A stretch of 64,000 nucleotides of DNA from Rebecca billardiae RCC1528 (taxonomy: Eukaryota > Protista > Haptophyta): NCBI GenBank assembly GCA_965240325.2, contig OZ251228.1:558001-622000 (forward strand), written 5' to 3'. The position numbers and the translations under genes are program-made. Numbering within the stretch: the first letter of the stretch is position 1; every line of letters starts with the position of its first letter. Below are positions 1 to 11,451 of the stretch, piece by piece. Under the pieces are notes generated by a model. It was not told the DNA's origin. It did not search any database and worked only from the letters and a program-made list of their open reading frames with translations.

Positions 1-798
1 CGGGCCCTTGGCGAGCTTGGGAGGAGGGCTCGGTCTGCTACATGTGCGTCAGTAGTCACGGCCTAAACCGTGCGCAAGACTCATTGAGTCGTACATGGCG
101 CGGCAGCAACGGCCGCACCCGCGAGGGCCGTGGCCGGGCAGCCATGCTCCAAAGGGCCGAAATGTAACACCAAGGTCAGTTTCCCGTGCAACCTGTCTTG
201 TGCTATTCAGCGAGGGAATTGTCCTATTAGTATCTATGCCTGCAGAAAGAGATTAATACGCGAGCAGGGGAATCGGATAGTACGAACGCAATCAAGCGTC
301 ATCAAGGGGGGTGAATGCCATTCACTAGCAGCTCTCCCCCTGCTACAAGAGTACAAAATCCCCACCAGCATCACGCGCGCCATTATCTTTTTTGATTTTG
401 CGGAGCACGTGCGCCGCCCGCCCGGCCCCGGCTTTCGCTCACGCTCAGACCTTTCGGGGGGGCCGTGCGCCATTATTATTATTATATATTATTAAATAAT
501 ACGTAGGCGACACGACTGTCTGCTGTGGACTGTCAGTGTCATTCAGAATTTGAATTTTGATGTGGCGGCTAACCGCCTACGAGTCAAGTGCCGGCCCGGT
601 GCCCGGACGACGTGACGCGTACCGACCCATGACTGACTCCGCCGTGACTGAGCGACTAGCAAGCCACCGGCCGGTTCGGGGCCGCCTGAGTCCCGCCCTT
701 CGCACTGTTGCGTCGTCAGCCGCCTGGCTGACGTAGACGAGTAGTCGACGTCGGACTTCGTCTTACTTACGGAGCCAGTGTACGGATCGCCATCGAGA

Positions 799-1284
799 TC
801 ATTGCAATTCGAGAAGCGTGACGTAGTCCTCGTAGTGGACCAGGCCCGTCTCGCTGTCGGCGGCGAAAGAGAGGAACTCGTCCATCTCCTCGGTCGAGAA
901 CTTCTCCGTCTTGGAAGACATCATGAGCTCGCGCAGCTTCTCAGCCTCGAGGTAGCCCTTGTTCTCCTTGTCGAGCACGCGGAAGGCGGTGAGCAGCTTC
1001 TCCTCTGAGTCGCGGGTGAACTGATTCTCGAGGAGAACGCGCGTCATCATCCGCTCGAATTTCTCGAAGCGGATGAAGCCCGTGGGCTCCTCCTCCTCGA
1101 TCTCGGCGATCATGTCTCGTAGGTCGGCCTCGGACGGGCACACGCCGAGCGCGCGAACGATTGTGCCGACCTCGCGCACGTCGCAGTGGCCTCGTGCGTC
1201 GCGGTCGAAGAGGGCAAACTGCGTCTTGATGTCCTTGGCGATCTGCTCCTTTCGAGCCACCTGCTCCCGCGCATCCAGCGACAT
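799..1284 (-). CDS. DRC8: Calmodulin-like EF-hand protein, dynein regulatory complex subunit 8 (EFCAB2/DRC8-like)
   Basis: ATG at 1284 (MSLDAREQ), single exon. FALFDRDARGHCDVREVGTIVRALGVCPSEADL, EEEEPTGFIRFEKF and AFRVLDKENKGYL match the EFCAB2/DRC8 pattern. Confidence 0.8.
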   Translation of the reverse strand: MSLDAREQVARKEQIAKDIKTQFALFDRDARGHCDVREVGTIVRALGVCPSEADLRDMIAEIEEEEPTGFIRFEKFERMMTRVLLENQFTRDSEEKLLTAFRVLDKENKGYLEAEKLRELMMSSKTEKFSTEEMDEFLSFAADSETGLVHYEDYVTLLELQ

Positions 1285-1612
1285 CGGTGCGCCAGCGATG
1301 CCGGCGCGGCTTGTGTGGGCACGCTTTGCTCGCCACCGCGAGGCCGTTACCGGGACGCCGCCAAAGCGTGGGACTGCAGTCGTTTCCACCGACCGCCATC
1401 GCAGTTCAAGGCCCGGGCTGTTGTCAGCGCGAGCTGCAGCTGCCGTAGGTTAGCGAGAGGGAGCGTTAGGTGAGGCGCGACGCGCGCGCGGCGAGGCTTC
1501 GTGGGCGCGCAAAGGCGTCCGAGCCGCACGCTCGCGCAGTGCGCAGCGCTCGTCCGCTCACCGCGCGCGCGTGCGCCGCTGTCTGCCACGCGCGCGCGCA
1601 CGGAGCAGCGCG

Positions 1613-3310
1613 ATGGCATCGAAGTACAAGGCGGACTTTGAGCTCCCGAAGGAGTTCCCGTCGATCCTGAAGGCGTTCACGCGCGAGATCCTGCGCTACC
1701 AGCCCGAGAACATCTACGAGTTCGGCGCCACCTACTTTGCGGATCTCTCGCAGGCGCAGGGGTCGGCCGCGGCCACTGGCAAGCCGCAGCGCCTCTCGCC
1801 CGAGGAGCTGGAGCAGATGTTCCGCACGCTCTTCCACGAGCACGACCTCGACGGGAACGGGATGCTGGACCACAAGGAGTTCAAGGCGCTCCTCGAGTCC
1901 GCCAAGCTCGGCCTCTCCGCCAAGGAGGTGCGGCGCGTGATGGCAGAGGCGGACGAGAATGAGGACGGCCTGATTGGGTGTGCGCACGCGCGCGCGCGCA
2001 CGCGCCGCGCGCGGGGCCAGCGGGGCGGTGCACGGGCCGAGGCTTCCGGCAGGGCGGATGAGCGCGGCCGCGCCCGCGCGTGCTCCACGCGGCGGCGGAT
2101 GGCGCGAGCGCCGGCTCTGCGGCTGTGCGTGCCGGCGCCGCTCGCACTTGTCGTCACGCGTACCTCTGACCGCGCATGCCTCCGCGCCGCCGCCGCCGCC
2201 GCCGCCGCTGGTGCTGCTGGTGCTGCTGCCGCCTCTGCCCCGCGCAGGTACGAGGAGTTCATCCCGCTCGCGATCGACCTGGTCCAGGCGATGTACGCGC
2301 GCATGGACGCGGCCGCCGAGCAGGAGCACGACGTGGCGGCCGCGCGCGCCGCCGCTGAGGCGCACATGTTGCACGGCATGCCCAAGGAGAAGCTCGAGGC
2401 GATCATGGCGGACATCTTCCGCAAGGCGGACCTGGACGGCTCGGGGACGCTGTCGCGCAAGGAGTTCCACTCCGCGCTGAAGGAGGCCGAGCTCGGGCTC
2501 ACGCGCAAGGAGATCAACCTGATCATGTCGGAGGTGGACGAGGACCGAGACGGGGCGATCACCTACGCTGAGTTCGTGCCCGTGTGCCACTCGATTCTGG
2601 TCGAGATTCTGATGGAGGAGATGCTGGCGTCGGAGCGCTCGCCGTCCGAGCTGGAGACGTTCCTTAACGACCTCTTCGCCTCGGTCGACCAGGACGGCAA
2701 CGGGCTGCTCCCCACCGCGCTCATCAAGGAAGTCATCCGCTCCGCAGACCTGGGGCTCACGCGGCTGCAGATCCACACGGTGCTCGCGGAGGCGGCCGAG
2801 GACGAGCGCGGCCTGGTCGCGTACGAGCCGTTCGCCAAGGTGGCCGCCGACCTCATCTACAGGCTGCTTGACTCGCAGACGCAGCTCGCCAAGCACGACG
2901 TGCGCGCCGCCGCGCGCGCGAATCCGCGCCGTCGCGCGCGATCACGGCCGCGCGTGCTCACACGCGCTCCGGGACCGCCGCGTGTGCGCGCGCGCGCGCG
3001 CGCGCAGGCCATGCGTCAGCTCACGGGCCACGCGGAGGTGTCGCTCGTGCACAACCTTGACGAGAGCGCGATGACGGCGGCGCTCACGCAGCTCTTCGAG
3101 GACGAAGACACGGAGCAGGCGTCCGCGCTGCCCAAGGCGACCGTCAAGCGGCTGCTCGCCGCCTCGGAGATCGGCTTCGCGCCGCGCGAGATCTCGTGCC
3201 TGCTCGCGGGCGCTGACCTGGACGAAGACGGCACGGTCATGTATCACTCGCTCGCGCTCGGCGCGCACAGGCAACTCGCCTACCTCGCGCTGCAGGACGC
3301 GCAGCTCTGA
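1613..3310 (+). CDS. RIIa dimerization/docking domain + multiple EF-hands (radial spoke protein 7-like); introns 1978-2247 and 2900-3007
   Basis: N-terminal LPKEFPSILKAFTREILRYQPENIYEFGATYF is an RIIa domain. EF loops are DLDGNGMLDHKE, DENEDGLIG|YEE (restored by splicing), DLDGSGTLSRKE and DEDRDGAITYAE. Both GT-AG introns are in-frame. Confidence 0.8.
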   Translation: MASKYKADFELPKEFPSILKAFTREILRYQPENIYEFGATYFADLSQAQGSAAATGKPQRLSPEELEQMFRTLFHEHDLDGNGMLDHKEFKALLESAKLGLSAKEVRRVMAEADENEDGLIGCAHARARTRRARGQRGGARAEASGRADERGRARACSTRRRMARAPALRLCVPAPLALVVTRTSDRACLRAAAAAAAAGAAGAAAASAPRRYEEFIPLAIDLVQAMYARMDAAAEQEHDVAAARAAAEAHMLHGMPKEKLEAIMADIFRKADLDGSGTLSRKEFHSALKEAELGLTRKEINLIMSEVDEDRDGAITYAEFVPVCHSILVEILMEEMLASERSPSELETFLNDLFASVDQDGNGLLPTALIKEVIRSADLGLTRLQIHTVLAEAAEDERGLVAYEPFAKVAADLIYRLLDSQTQLAKHDVRAAARANPRRRARSRPRVLTRAPGPPRVRARARAQAMRQLTGHAEVSLVHNLDESAMTAALTQLFEDEDTEQASALPKATVKRLLAASEIGFAPREISCLLAGADLDEDGTVMYHSLALGAHRQLAYLALQDAQL

Positions 3311-3612
3311 TGGGGTCCGGACCGCGCTGTGGGCGGGCAAGGCGGCGGCGGGTCGTGCACTCTGGCAGATGTCAGATGTGTGATCAGCTGCATTCTGCTA
3401 CTGCTGACATATCGATCGGCCTGTCTCAGTCTGGTCCGACGGACTGGGAACCGTGGTGGCACGGTGACCGGTAGGCGGTAAGACTACTCAGCAGTAGTCG
3501 TTAAGTAATCAGTATTATATACCAAATTATATATATAATGATATATTATAAGTATATATATATAATAACAATATATATATAGTATGTATTATAAATAACT
3601 GACTCTGCGGCG

Positions 3613-4522
3613 GGCCTGTTTTATTTCTACCAGATTCCATTTCCTATGTCACGGCGACAAACCCCTGCCCGCCAGTGGGAATCGGTGTCACGCCCCGTTG
3701 GATGTACCTCTCACGGCCGATGGCGGCCCCCACGTGCGCGAGGAACGCGATTCCTGCACTCCTCGGTGACCGGTGAGTGCAGGAATCCAGTTGCGGCGCT
3801 CGTCCGCCTCGTCGTTGTCGCACACGAGGTACATCCAACACCATGGGTCGTATCCCAAAACTCTCCGCGCGCTCTGCGCCCGCGCGGCGAGCGATTGCAG
3901 GCTTGTTCTCATCATCTTGGCCAAGACTGCAGCCTGCCAGATGCGCCAGGAGACGTGTGCACGCCTTTCCGCGCGTCATGGGTGCGCGTGGCACGCACCT
4001 TGTCATATTTTACGCCGAGGAGGCCTGAGCATCCGGCCTACCAACCTTCCGCGCTCACGTTCAAATGCAGGCGGCAAGCTGCATGCAAGCGCACGCCGAA
4101 CGGAAGCATCTCAAGCTCGACAAGGTAGTGGCGGCGGAGCGTTTAGAGCTGGTGGCGATTGCAGTCCATCTGGCTGTGAACTGGTCGCTAACTGACACGG
4201 GTGCGATGCAGCCAAGGCAGAGTGCTTGCAGCTTGCAGAGGGCCTGCAGCTGCGGCGGTTTGCCCGCCGCTCGCCGGCTGCATCGTACACACTGCCGTGC
4301 ACCGCGAGTGACCCCTGTGTCAAGGCGAAGCACCACGGCAAGGCGAGGCAGCATGTCTGACAACATTCTTCGCTACAGCGCAGCGCATCAACACGAGAAT
4401 GCGCGAATGACGTGCCATCACTACTCCGGACTAGCTCCGGCGCCCGCACCAGCGGGCAAGCCGCCATTGTTCCGCGTTTTGGCGAATGTCGCCTTTGGGC
4501 TCTCGTAGAAATAAAACAGGCC
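3613..4522. mobile_element. MITE-like / non-autonomous TIR element (~910 bp)
   Basis: Perfect 18-bp inverted termini GGCCTGTTTTATTTCTAC (3613-3630) and GTAGAAATAAAACAGGCC (4505-4522). Flanked by duplicated GGCG (or CGGCGG if the ends are drawn 1 bp inward). No recognisable transposase. Confidence 0.65.
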
Positions 4523-5074
4523 GGCGGTGATCCGTGAGTTCCGTGACTGTTCGGCCTTCGTGGCGCGGGGGCGTCGTCGTCAGTAGTCGTCACTCGGTCG
4601 TGTAGTACGTACTTAACGTAACACTTACTCAACTTGTAACTGATGAGTTTCGATAATCGGTACTGCTAAAGAGTAAAGTTATAAAAGTACTTCGCCTTAT
4701 TCGTCCGATCATCAAACAGGACGAAATAGGGCTCTCCCTTCTGCTAATAACTCGCGTCCGTTTGATCGGACCGTTAACTACTCGGATTTCGGATTCGCCG
4801 CCGCCCTCCCCGCCAGACTCCCGGCCCCGGGACTATAGTCTATACTCATCATCTACTCATACTGTCAGTGAGACTGTGAGTACTGAGTGTCAGTCAACGG
4901 TCGACGAGTTACAGTCGATCGAGTCATCGGCGTCATTATTATTATAATCATCAGATCGGACCGGACAGCATCATATATATCATCATCGTCGCTGCCGCCG
5001 CCGCGGCGCCAGCGCAGTCTGCTGGCGCCCGGCGGCCCGGTAGCTTACTGCCGCCAACAAGCTTTAACATTCAT

Positions 5075-7113
5075 TCACTTGGATGCGCCCGCCTCCTCGA
5101 CGAAGCGGTACAGCATGCGCACCCCGTACCCAGTCGCGCCACCGGTCTTGTCCGACCAGACGGGCCCGGCGATGTCGATGTGCGCCCACGGCGCCTCCTT
5201 GACGAACTCCTTGAGGAAGAGCGCCGCGCTGATCGACGAGCCCGCGCGGCCGCCCACGTTCTTCAGGTCGGCGATCGGCGACTTGAGCTCATCGCTGTAC
5301 TCGCTGGCGAGCGGCATGCGCCACACGAGCTCGCCCGAGCGCTCGGCCGCGCCCTGCAGCTGCGTCGCCAGCCCGTCGGTCGATGCCCACAGCCCGGCGT
5401 ACCGGTCGCCGAGCGCGATGATGCACGCGCCCGTGAGCGTGGCCACATCGACAATCGCGTCCAGCTTGCCGCCCTCCGCCCCCAGCGCCTCGGCGTACAC
5501 GAGCGCGTCGGCGAGCGTGAGCCTGCCCTCTGCGTCCGTGTTGAGAACCTCGATGGTCTTGTCGTTCGAGGCGGTGAGGATGTCGCCCGGGCGCATCGCG
5601 CGCTCGGAGACCATGTTCTCGCACGCGGCGACGATGAAATGCACCTCGACGCCCGCGGGCTTGAGCGCGCCGACCGCGCGCGCCGCGCCGAGCACCGCGC
5701 CCGCGCCGCCCATGTCGAACTTCATCTTCTCAATCAGCGAGCCGGCGCCTGCCTTGAGGTTGTACCCGCCCGAGTCGAAGGTGAGGCCCTTCCCGATGAG
5801 CGCGACGCGTGACTTGACCTGGGCGCAGTGGCAGGGACGCACGTGGGGGGGGCAGAGCGCGCACGGGGGGCGCAGGGCGCGTGAGCCGGCCGGCCGCGCG
5901 CTCGCCTGCTGCGCCTGATGAGCGCTCCGCAGCGGCGGGCGGCGCGGCGGGCTTGCCTGGCCGTCCGGCGGCGAGTAGGTGAGGTGGATGAACTTTGGCG
6001 GCTCGACCGCGCCCTGCGCCACGCCGAGGTACGCACCCATGCCGCGCCGCTCGCATTCGTCCTGCTCGAGCACCTGCTCAGCGCAGCGGCAGCAGCCCGC
6101 GCGGGCCCACTATCTCAGCGGCAGGCGCGACGCGGCGCGCGGCGCGCGGCCGCCCGGAGGCGCGCGGACGGTCGCGCGCGCACCGTGAGCTTGAGGCCGA
6201 AGTCGGAGGCGATGACCTCGGCGGTCTTTGCGAGCGCCGTCGGCGTGAGGTAGTTCGCGGGCGACGCCACCAGCCCCTTCGTCAGCAGCACACCGCCGGA
6301 GATCCCGACGGCCCGATCGATGGCCGCCGCCGCGTCTGACGGAGCACCGAGCAGTTCAATCTGCTTCAACTTGAGCTCGCGCTCGGCGGCGGTCTTGAGG
6401 GCCTCGGCGTGGCGGTCCTTGAAGCGCTCGTCGGCCGCGAGGCCGGTGAGCGCCGCCTCGACGCCCGCCTGCACCCCCGCGGCGTCCACGCCCGCCGGCA
6501 GCGCGACCGCCGCAGAAGCGGCCTTCTCAGCCTTGGCGACTGTCGCAAGCTGCGAGCCCCACTTGGCCGCGGCCGCGAGCGTGGCCTGCGCGGACGCGTC
6601 GGGCGCGGGGGGCTTGCCCACGCCGACGAGCGCGACCTTCTTCACCCCGTACTTTGGCGCCAGCGTGAGCGTGCGCGAGTCCCCCGGCTTGCCCTTGAAC
6701 GACGCGTCGGCAATCGCGGCAGACAGGATTCCCTCCAGCCGCGTGTCCAGAGCGGCGAGCTCGCCGGAGAGCTCGACGTGCGGCGCGTCGTCCTTCTCGG
6801 CCTGGGGCACGAGCGCGAGGAGAAGGTCGCCGTTCCACTCGCTCACCTTCGCGCCGCTCGCCTTCACCGCCACGTCGGCGCTCGGCACGAGCAGTGCGGT
6901 TTCCATCAGCTGGCGTGTCGAAGGCGCCGCGGTCGACATCCGCGCGCCGCCCACGCCGCCGCGGAGGCGCGACGCGGCGACTTGGGTGGAGACGGGGCTG
7001 CGGATCCACGAGGCGGCACGCCACGCGCCCATGCGTGCGGACGGATGCGTGCCATGCACCGCGCGAGCCGCCGTGGCGAAGCACAGCACGACGGCCGACA
7101 TGCCGAGCGTCAT
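5075..7113 (-). CDS. LAP: Leucyl aminopeptidase (peptidase M17), with signal/transit-like N-terminus; introns 6074-6183 and 5819-5956 (GC-AG)
   Basis: M17 motifs [34 protein letters not shown] and WAHIDIAG. Hydrophobic N-terminus [18 protein letters not shown] followed by an Arg/Ser-rich stretch. Confidence 0.93.
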
Positions 7114-7417
7114 TAGCGGCCTTCGCGCGCGATCGAGAGGCGGGTCTCTCGCGATCTGTGACTGTGGACCGTCGCGTGCGCGCGTCTTCGCCCGGACCCA
7201 CGAAGAAACTACGCGCATTTTCGATTTTTAAAACCTTGCTGGGTCGAGTTGCCAGGCTGGTGCGCCGGGTCCACGGTCGCATGTCGACACGTGCCCGTCT
7301 GGTCCTGGCGGCTCGAGGCCTGAGACGCTGTCCCTCGGTCGAAGAGGTCCGGCCTCAGCAATGGTGCAGCCAATGCGTCGGAGCGGCTGCCGGCTCGGCG
7401 CCAGCCCGGGCGCGAGC

Positions 7418-8164
7418 CTAGCAGGAGAGCCCGTCATCGCGCATGGAAATCAGCGTTGCGGGCGCAGAAATGCACCCACCGCTGCCACCGCGGTCATCAG
7501 CTCCGGCCAGGCCCGCCGCCTCGTCCCGCGCCACGCTGGACGCACTCCCGCCCGTTGCGGAGTACACATAGTCGGGAAGGGTGCGCAGCGAGACGCGCGG
7601 CATGTGGGCGCTCGGCTCGTAGCCAAAGCTGGTGAGGACCTCGACGGGGGCAGCGAACCGCGATGTTTGCACCGTGAAGACGGAGCGCACGATGATGCGC
7701 CACACGTCGCTCGGCGGTGGCGGGTCCAACCGCGCCCTCAGCAGCGCGAGGAAGTGGACGCTGCGCTCGATCCACGCGCGGGTGGCAAGCTCGATGGGCG
7801 TGGTGGGCATGAAGACGGACAGCAAAGACGCGTGGAGCTTGGACGAGAGCAGCTCGGAGCGCGCATACTCAGCATCGCTCGTGGCCGCCTCGAATGTGCG
7901 AGCGCGCACGTGCCGCGACTGTGACAGCCGAATCAGCGCGTGGAAGCGCTCGCGCTTGGCGAGCCAGTCCGCAGCGCCAGCGTGGAAATGCGCCGCGGAG
8001 TCCAGCGAGTGCTGATCAAGATGAGGGCGAAGCCGCGTCTCCTCTGGAAGCACAAAGAGCCGCACCTGGACAACGCCATCGAGCGAGGGCTGCGCCCACA
8101 GGCTGCACCACCGCTCTCCGCCACGGCCCCAACCAGGAGCCGCCGCCATGGCGCCATCCAGCAT
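7418..8164 (-). CDS. Hypothetical protein (~248 aa)
   Basis: Long ORF with globular-protein-like composition. No family recognised; the start codon (8164) is uncertain. Confidence 0.45.
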   Translation of the reverse strand: MLDGAMAAAPGWGRGGERWCSLWAQPSLDGVVQVRLFVLPEETRLRPHLDQHSLDSAAHFHAGAADWLAKRERFHALIRLSQSRHVRARTFEAATSDAEYARSELLSSKLHASLLSVFMPTTPIELATRAWIERSVHFLALLRARLDPPPPSDVWRIIVRSVFTVQTSRFAAPVEVLTSFGYEPSAHMPRVSLRTLPDYVYSATGGSASSVARDEAAGLAGADDRGGSGGCISAPATLISMRDDGLSC

Positions 8165-8609
8165 TCCAGCCGCGCCAATAAGCGCAGAAAATTGGGCATG
8201 CATCAAAATGAGTGCGGGTGGGGCGGGCTCCCAGGCCACTTTTTTTAAATTCCCCTTTATAACGGGCTCCGGGTGATCAGGCTGGCGGCCGAAGCCTCCA
8301 GCCCTACCCTGGCCAGCCCCCAACCAACCACCACCCTCACCCAACCTCAAACCACTGACCGAGACACCTAGTGTCTTGACACCACTCCACTGTGGACAGC
8401 CCGCCTGCCAACCCGCAGTCCGTTCACGCCTCCTCTTGCCAAGGGCCCCTCTTGCATTTCACGCACTGTCAAATTCCTTGCTGTGAAGTGTTCTGAACGG
8501 TTCCTGAAGGCTGCACACCAAAACGCCAACGGTCTCGATCACGGACACGGTCGTTTTGAGTCGAAACGCACGACGGTGGCAGCGGGTCACTCGGCCACAC
8601 GGCTTGACC

Positions 8610-9737
8610 ATGAGCTCTCCGATGATCTCGTCGAGGTTCGCCGCGGCAAGCGAGCTGTCGCCGTCGATGTACCAGCCATTCGCGCGGCGGGAAGGCTCGC
8701 CAGTGGCGCCGTACGTCCCTCTCACCGAGACGGAGGCGCTGTGCTCGCACGCCATCCGCTCAAAGAACGAGCAGCTCTCGAAGCTGGAGATCACGCTGCG
8801 AGAGCGCGAGGCCAAGCTGAGCGCGCTCATGCGCGAGACGGAGGAGCTGCGCGTGCTCGCGCTCTCCCGCCTCGAGGACGAGGGCGCACCCGCCCCCGGC
8901 TCGAGCGCAAAGTCGCCTGCCAGCGACGCGAGCGACCGCTTCGATGAGGACCTGCAGCTCGTGCAGTCGCTCGTCGGCAAGCTGCAGTCGCAGCTGCGCA
9001 CGGAGGCGCAGATGCTCGAGGCGGGCCGGCCCTGGAGCGCCAAGCGATCGCCTCCTCAGCGCGTGGAGCGGACTCCCGTGCAGCGCACAGCTGAGTGCAG
9101 CACGAACACGCCGCTCGCCGGCGCACGCATGGAGCGCGACGCCAAGTGCGTCCGAGTCTGCCCGGCTTTCGATGGGCTGCGCGAGGCGGAGCGGCTGCGC
9201 GAGGCGCTCGATCGCGAGATCCAGGCGGGCGCCGAGGCGCGCATGGAGCTCAACGCGCTCAAGTACCACGCCGAGCACGTCGAGGACCTCGCCATCAAGG
9301 TGTACGAGCGCGCCCGCGCGGCCGAGGCGCAGTTTGGCGCCAGCCACAAGGTGCTGTCCAAGCAGCTCGTCGAGGCGCGCCGCCGCGCAAGCGAGGGCGA
9401 GCAGATCATCGCGTGGCTGCGTGACAGGGTGGAGGACACGGAGAAGCTGAACAGAGCGTACAAGACGAAGCTCGCCTCGATCCGAGCTAGTCAACAGCGC
9501 CATCAGCAAGCTCAGGCTGTGATGTCGGGCGGCCAGGACGACGCGAGGCCGACCACATACGCGGCTGTTGCCGTAACGACGGCCCGCGATCCCGCGCAGA
9601 AGAAGCGACGAGATTGCGACGATGCCGCCGGAGAGTGGCGTCGCGATGCGCTTGCACCGATCACAAACACGCGGGCAGCCGTGCCAGGCACCCCGCGCCC
9701 CCAGGCGGGCGTTGTCGGCTTCGCCAAGCGGTTCTGA
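8610..9737 (+). CDS. Hypothetical coiled-coil protein
   Basis: Strong GC3 codon bias. Heptad-rich E/R/L/K segments (SKNEQLSKLEITLREREAKLSALMRETEEL; IIAWLRDRVEDTEKLNRAYKTKL). Confidence 0.7.
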   Translation: MSSPMISSRFAAASELSPSMYQPFARREGSPVAPYVPLTETEALCSHAIRSKNEQLSKLEITLREREAKLSALMRETEELRVLALSRLEDEGAPAPGSSAKSPASDASDRFDEDLQLVQSLVGKLQSQLRTEAQMLEAGRPWSAKRSPPQRVERTPVQRTAECSTNTPLAGARMERDAKCVRVCPAFDGLREAERLREALDREIQAGAEARMELNALKYHAEHVEDLAIKVYERARAAEAQFGASHKVLSKQLVEARRRASEGEQIIAWLRDRVEDTEKLNRAYKTKLASIRASQQRHQQAQAVMSGGQDDARPTTYAAVAVTTARDPAQKKRRDCDDAAGEWRRDALAPITNTRAAVPGTPRPQAGVVGFAKRF

Positions 9738-10665
9738 CGTCGCCACGGCTGCTGTGAGTGAGTGCTGCCCTGAGCCGGTGTCACAATCGGCCATCGGGCA
9801 GTATGACTGAATCATTGATAGACTTTTCGGAGTACCCCCGGGAGCAGTCGTACGCTAAGGTGAAGTAGTACGGGACGAGTCTGCGACTCACGACTGCATG
9901 CTGCAGATGCTGCTGCATCATGATGATCGCGACAGATCTGGATGAAATGCTGAATGAGTTTATGATTATTGAATCAATAATCAATGATGATCTCGGGAAC
10001 AGGCATCACTCAAGCTACTCAACTAGTGCCAGCAGCATCAGCTGCATGTGACTGCATGATGATTAGAATAAATGAAGTGTGAGCCATGGGCACGTGATCG
10101 ACATGCGCTAATTTGCGCGATTCCGACGCGATACGATTTATTATTAAATCATGTATATATTATTTAATACATTCATGCTGTCGCAGCATGCTTGCTCGCC
10201 ATCTGAAGACTGAACGGTGCAGCGCGCTGAGTCGTTCATTCAGGCGCACGGCGCCGTACTCCGCCTCCGGTAGGGGCGTAAGGCGGTCTCAAAAAATCGA
10301 AACTCGGTCTCCTCCAGCCCTGCCCCTGGCCAGTGAGCCCTGGAAAACACCGCCGCCACGTCCGCCTTTTTCTTTGGCTGATCAAAGATCTTTTTGAAAC
10401 GTGGAATTAGTGCCCGCGGCGCGGGCTCCACGCTGCGCGTTCCGCCCTGCACCGCGGGCCATAATACGCCGGCCTACGGCAGGAGTCGGTGGACCCGTCG
10501 CAGGTCGCCGCAGGCCGCATCGTCACTGTCGTGGAGAGCTCGTGAATGATGCTGGTATATTCGTGATTCGTCCCTTGACGAAGCAGACTCTGACTCGACG
10601 AAATCAACTCAGTGCTGCGGCGCGCATCACCGCCGCCCGTGCAGCTTGACGCTGAGCCGGCCGGT

Positions 10666-11451
10666 CTATGGCCCAGTGCGAGCAACACCTCGCGCGCCAC
10701 GCTTCAGCGTGTCCACGATCCACACGATGCCGTCGCTGATGCCGCTGCCCGTGAGCGCGGACACGGGTACGACCCTGTATGGCTGGTTGGCAGTGCACAG
10801 CGAGCCAAAGCCGAAGCGCTCGTCGATATGCTGCGCTGAGGCTGCACTGTGCAAGTCCTGCTTGTTCGCGAGGACGAGGATTGGCACGCCGATGAGGTCG
10901 GGATGCTTGACGAGCGCCTGTGTCGCGGGTGTGTTTGCAGAATGCATGCGCGCAGCATGATCGTCAGTGGCGGCCGTGTGCATGCGCGGTGCAACCTCTC
11001 GCAAACGCGCGCGCATGCCTCGAAGATACAGCGCGACTCGTCGAATCGCTGCTCATCTGCGGCATCGATGACGTAGATGAGCCCATGCACCTCGGAGTAG
11101 TACTTCTCCCAGATGCCCCGCAGCCCTGTCTGCCCGCCCAGGTCCCAGAAGATGAGCTTCACCCGACCCACCTCCATGCGCCCAATATTCAGGCCGACCG
11201 TGGGAGGGATCTTCTCAGGGGGGAGCGGCTCAATCTTCTGGAAGAGAGCCTTCATCTGCTCCAGCGCGGTTGTCTTACCCGCATGGTCAACACCTGGTGC
11301 GCGGGGTGTGATGGGTCGCGCGAGCAACTCAGCGTGACGCCTCCCACGTGGGCGTGCACTTGCATGCGCACGGGCGCATGCCGAGGATGAGTATCTGGAA
11401 TTCTGCTTTCTTGAAGAGGTATTCTAGTAGCCCGATGATCAGGCTGAACAT
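10666..11451 (-). CDS. ARFRP1: ADP-ribosylation factor-related protein 1 (Arf-like GTPase); introns 11294-11381 and 10918-11018 (both GC-AG)
   Basis: Spliced product: MFSLIIGLLEYLFKKAEFQILILG|VDHAGKTT...PTVGLNIG...WDLGGQ...IWEKYY...ANKQD...SALTG. It lacks Gly2 and has the ARFRP1-type N-terminus. Confidence 0.9.

Noticed and set aside
1340-1430. X-box (RFX)-like half sites between the two ciliary genes
   Set aside because: Poor match to the palindromic consensus, and RFX regulation is not established outside the opisthokont/amoebozoan lineage.
8438-8450. GCCAAGGGCCCCT matching the foldback left junction (similar reverse match at 2-13)
   Set aside because: The match stops before the TTACGTATTCAG terminus and has no partner TIR; probably chance.
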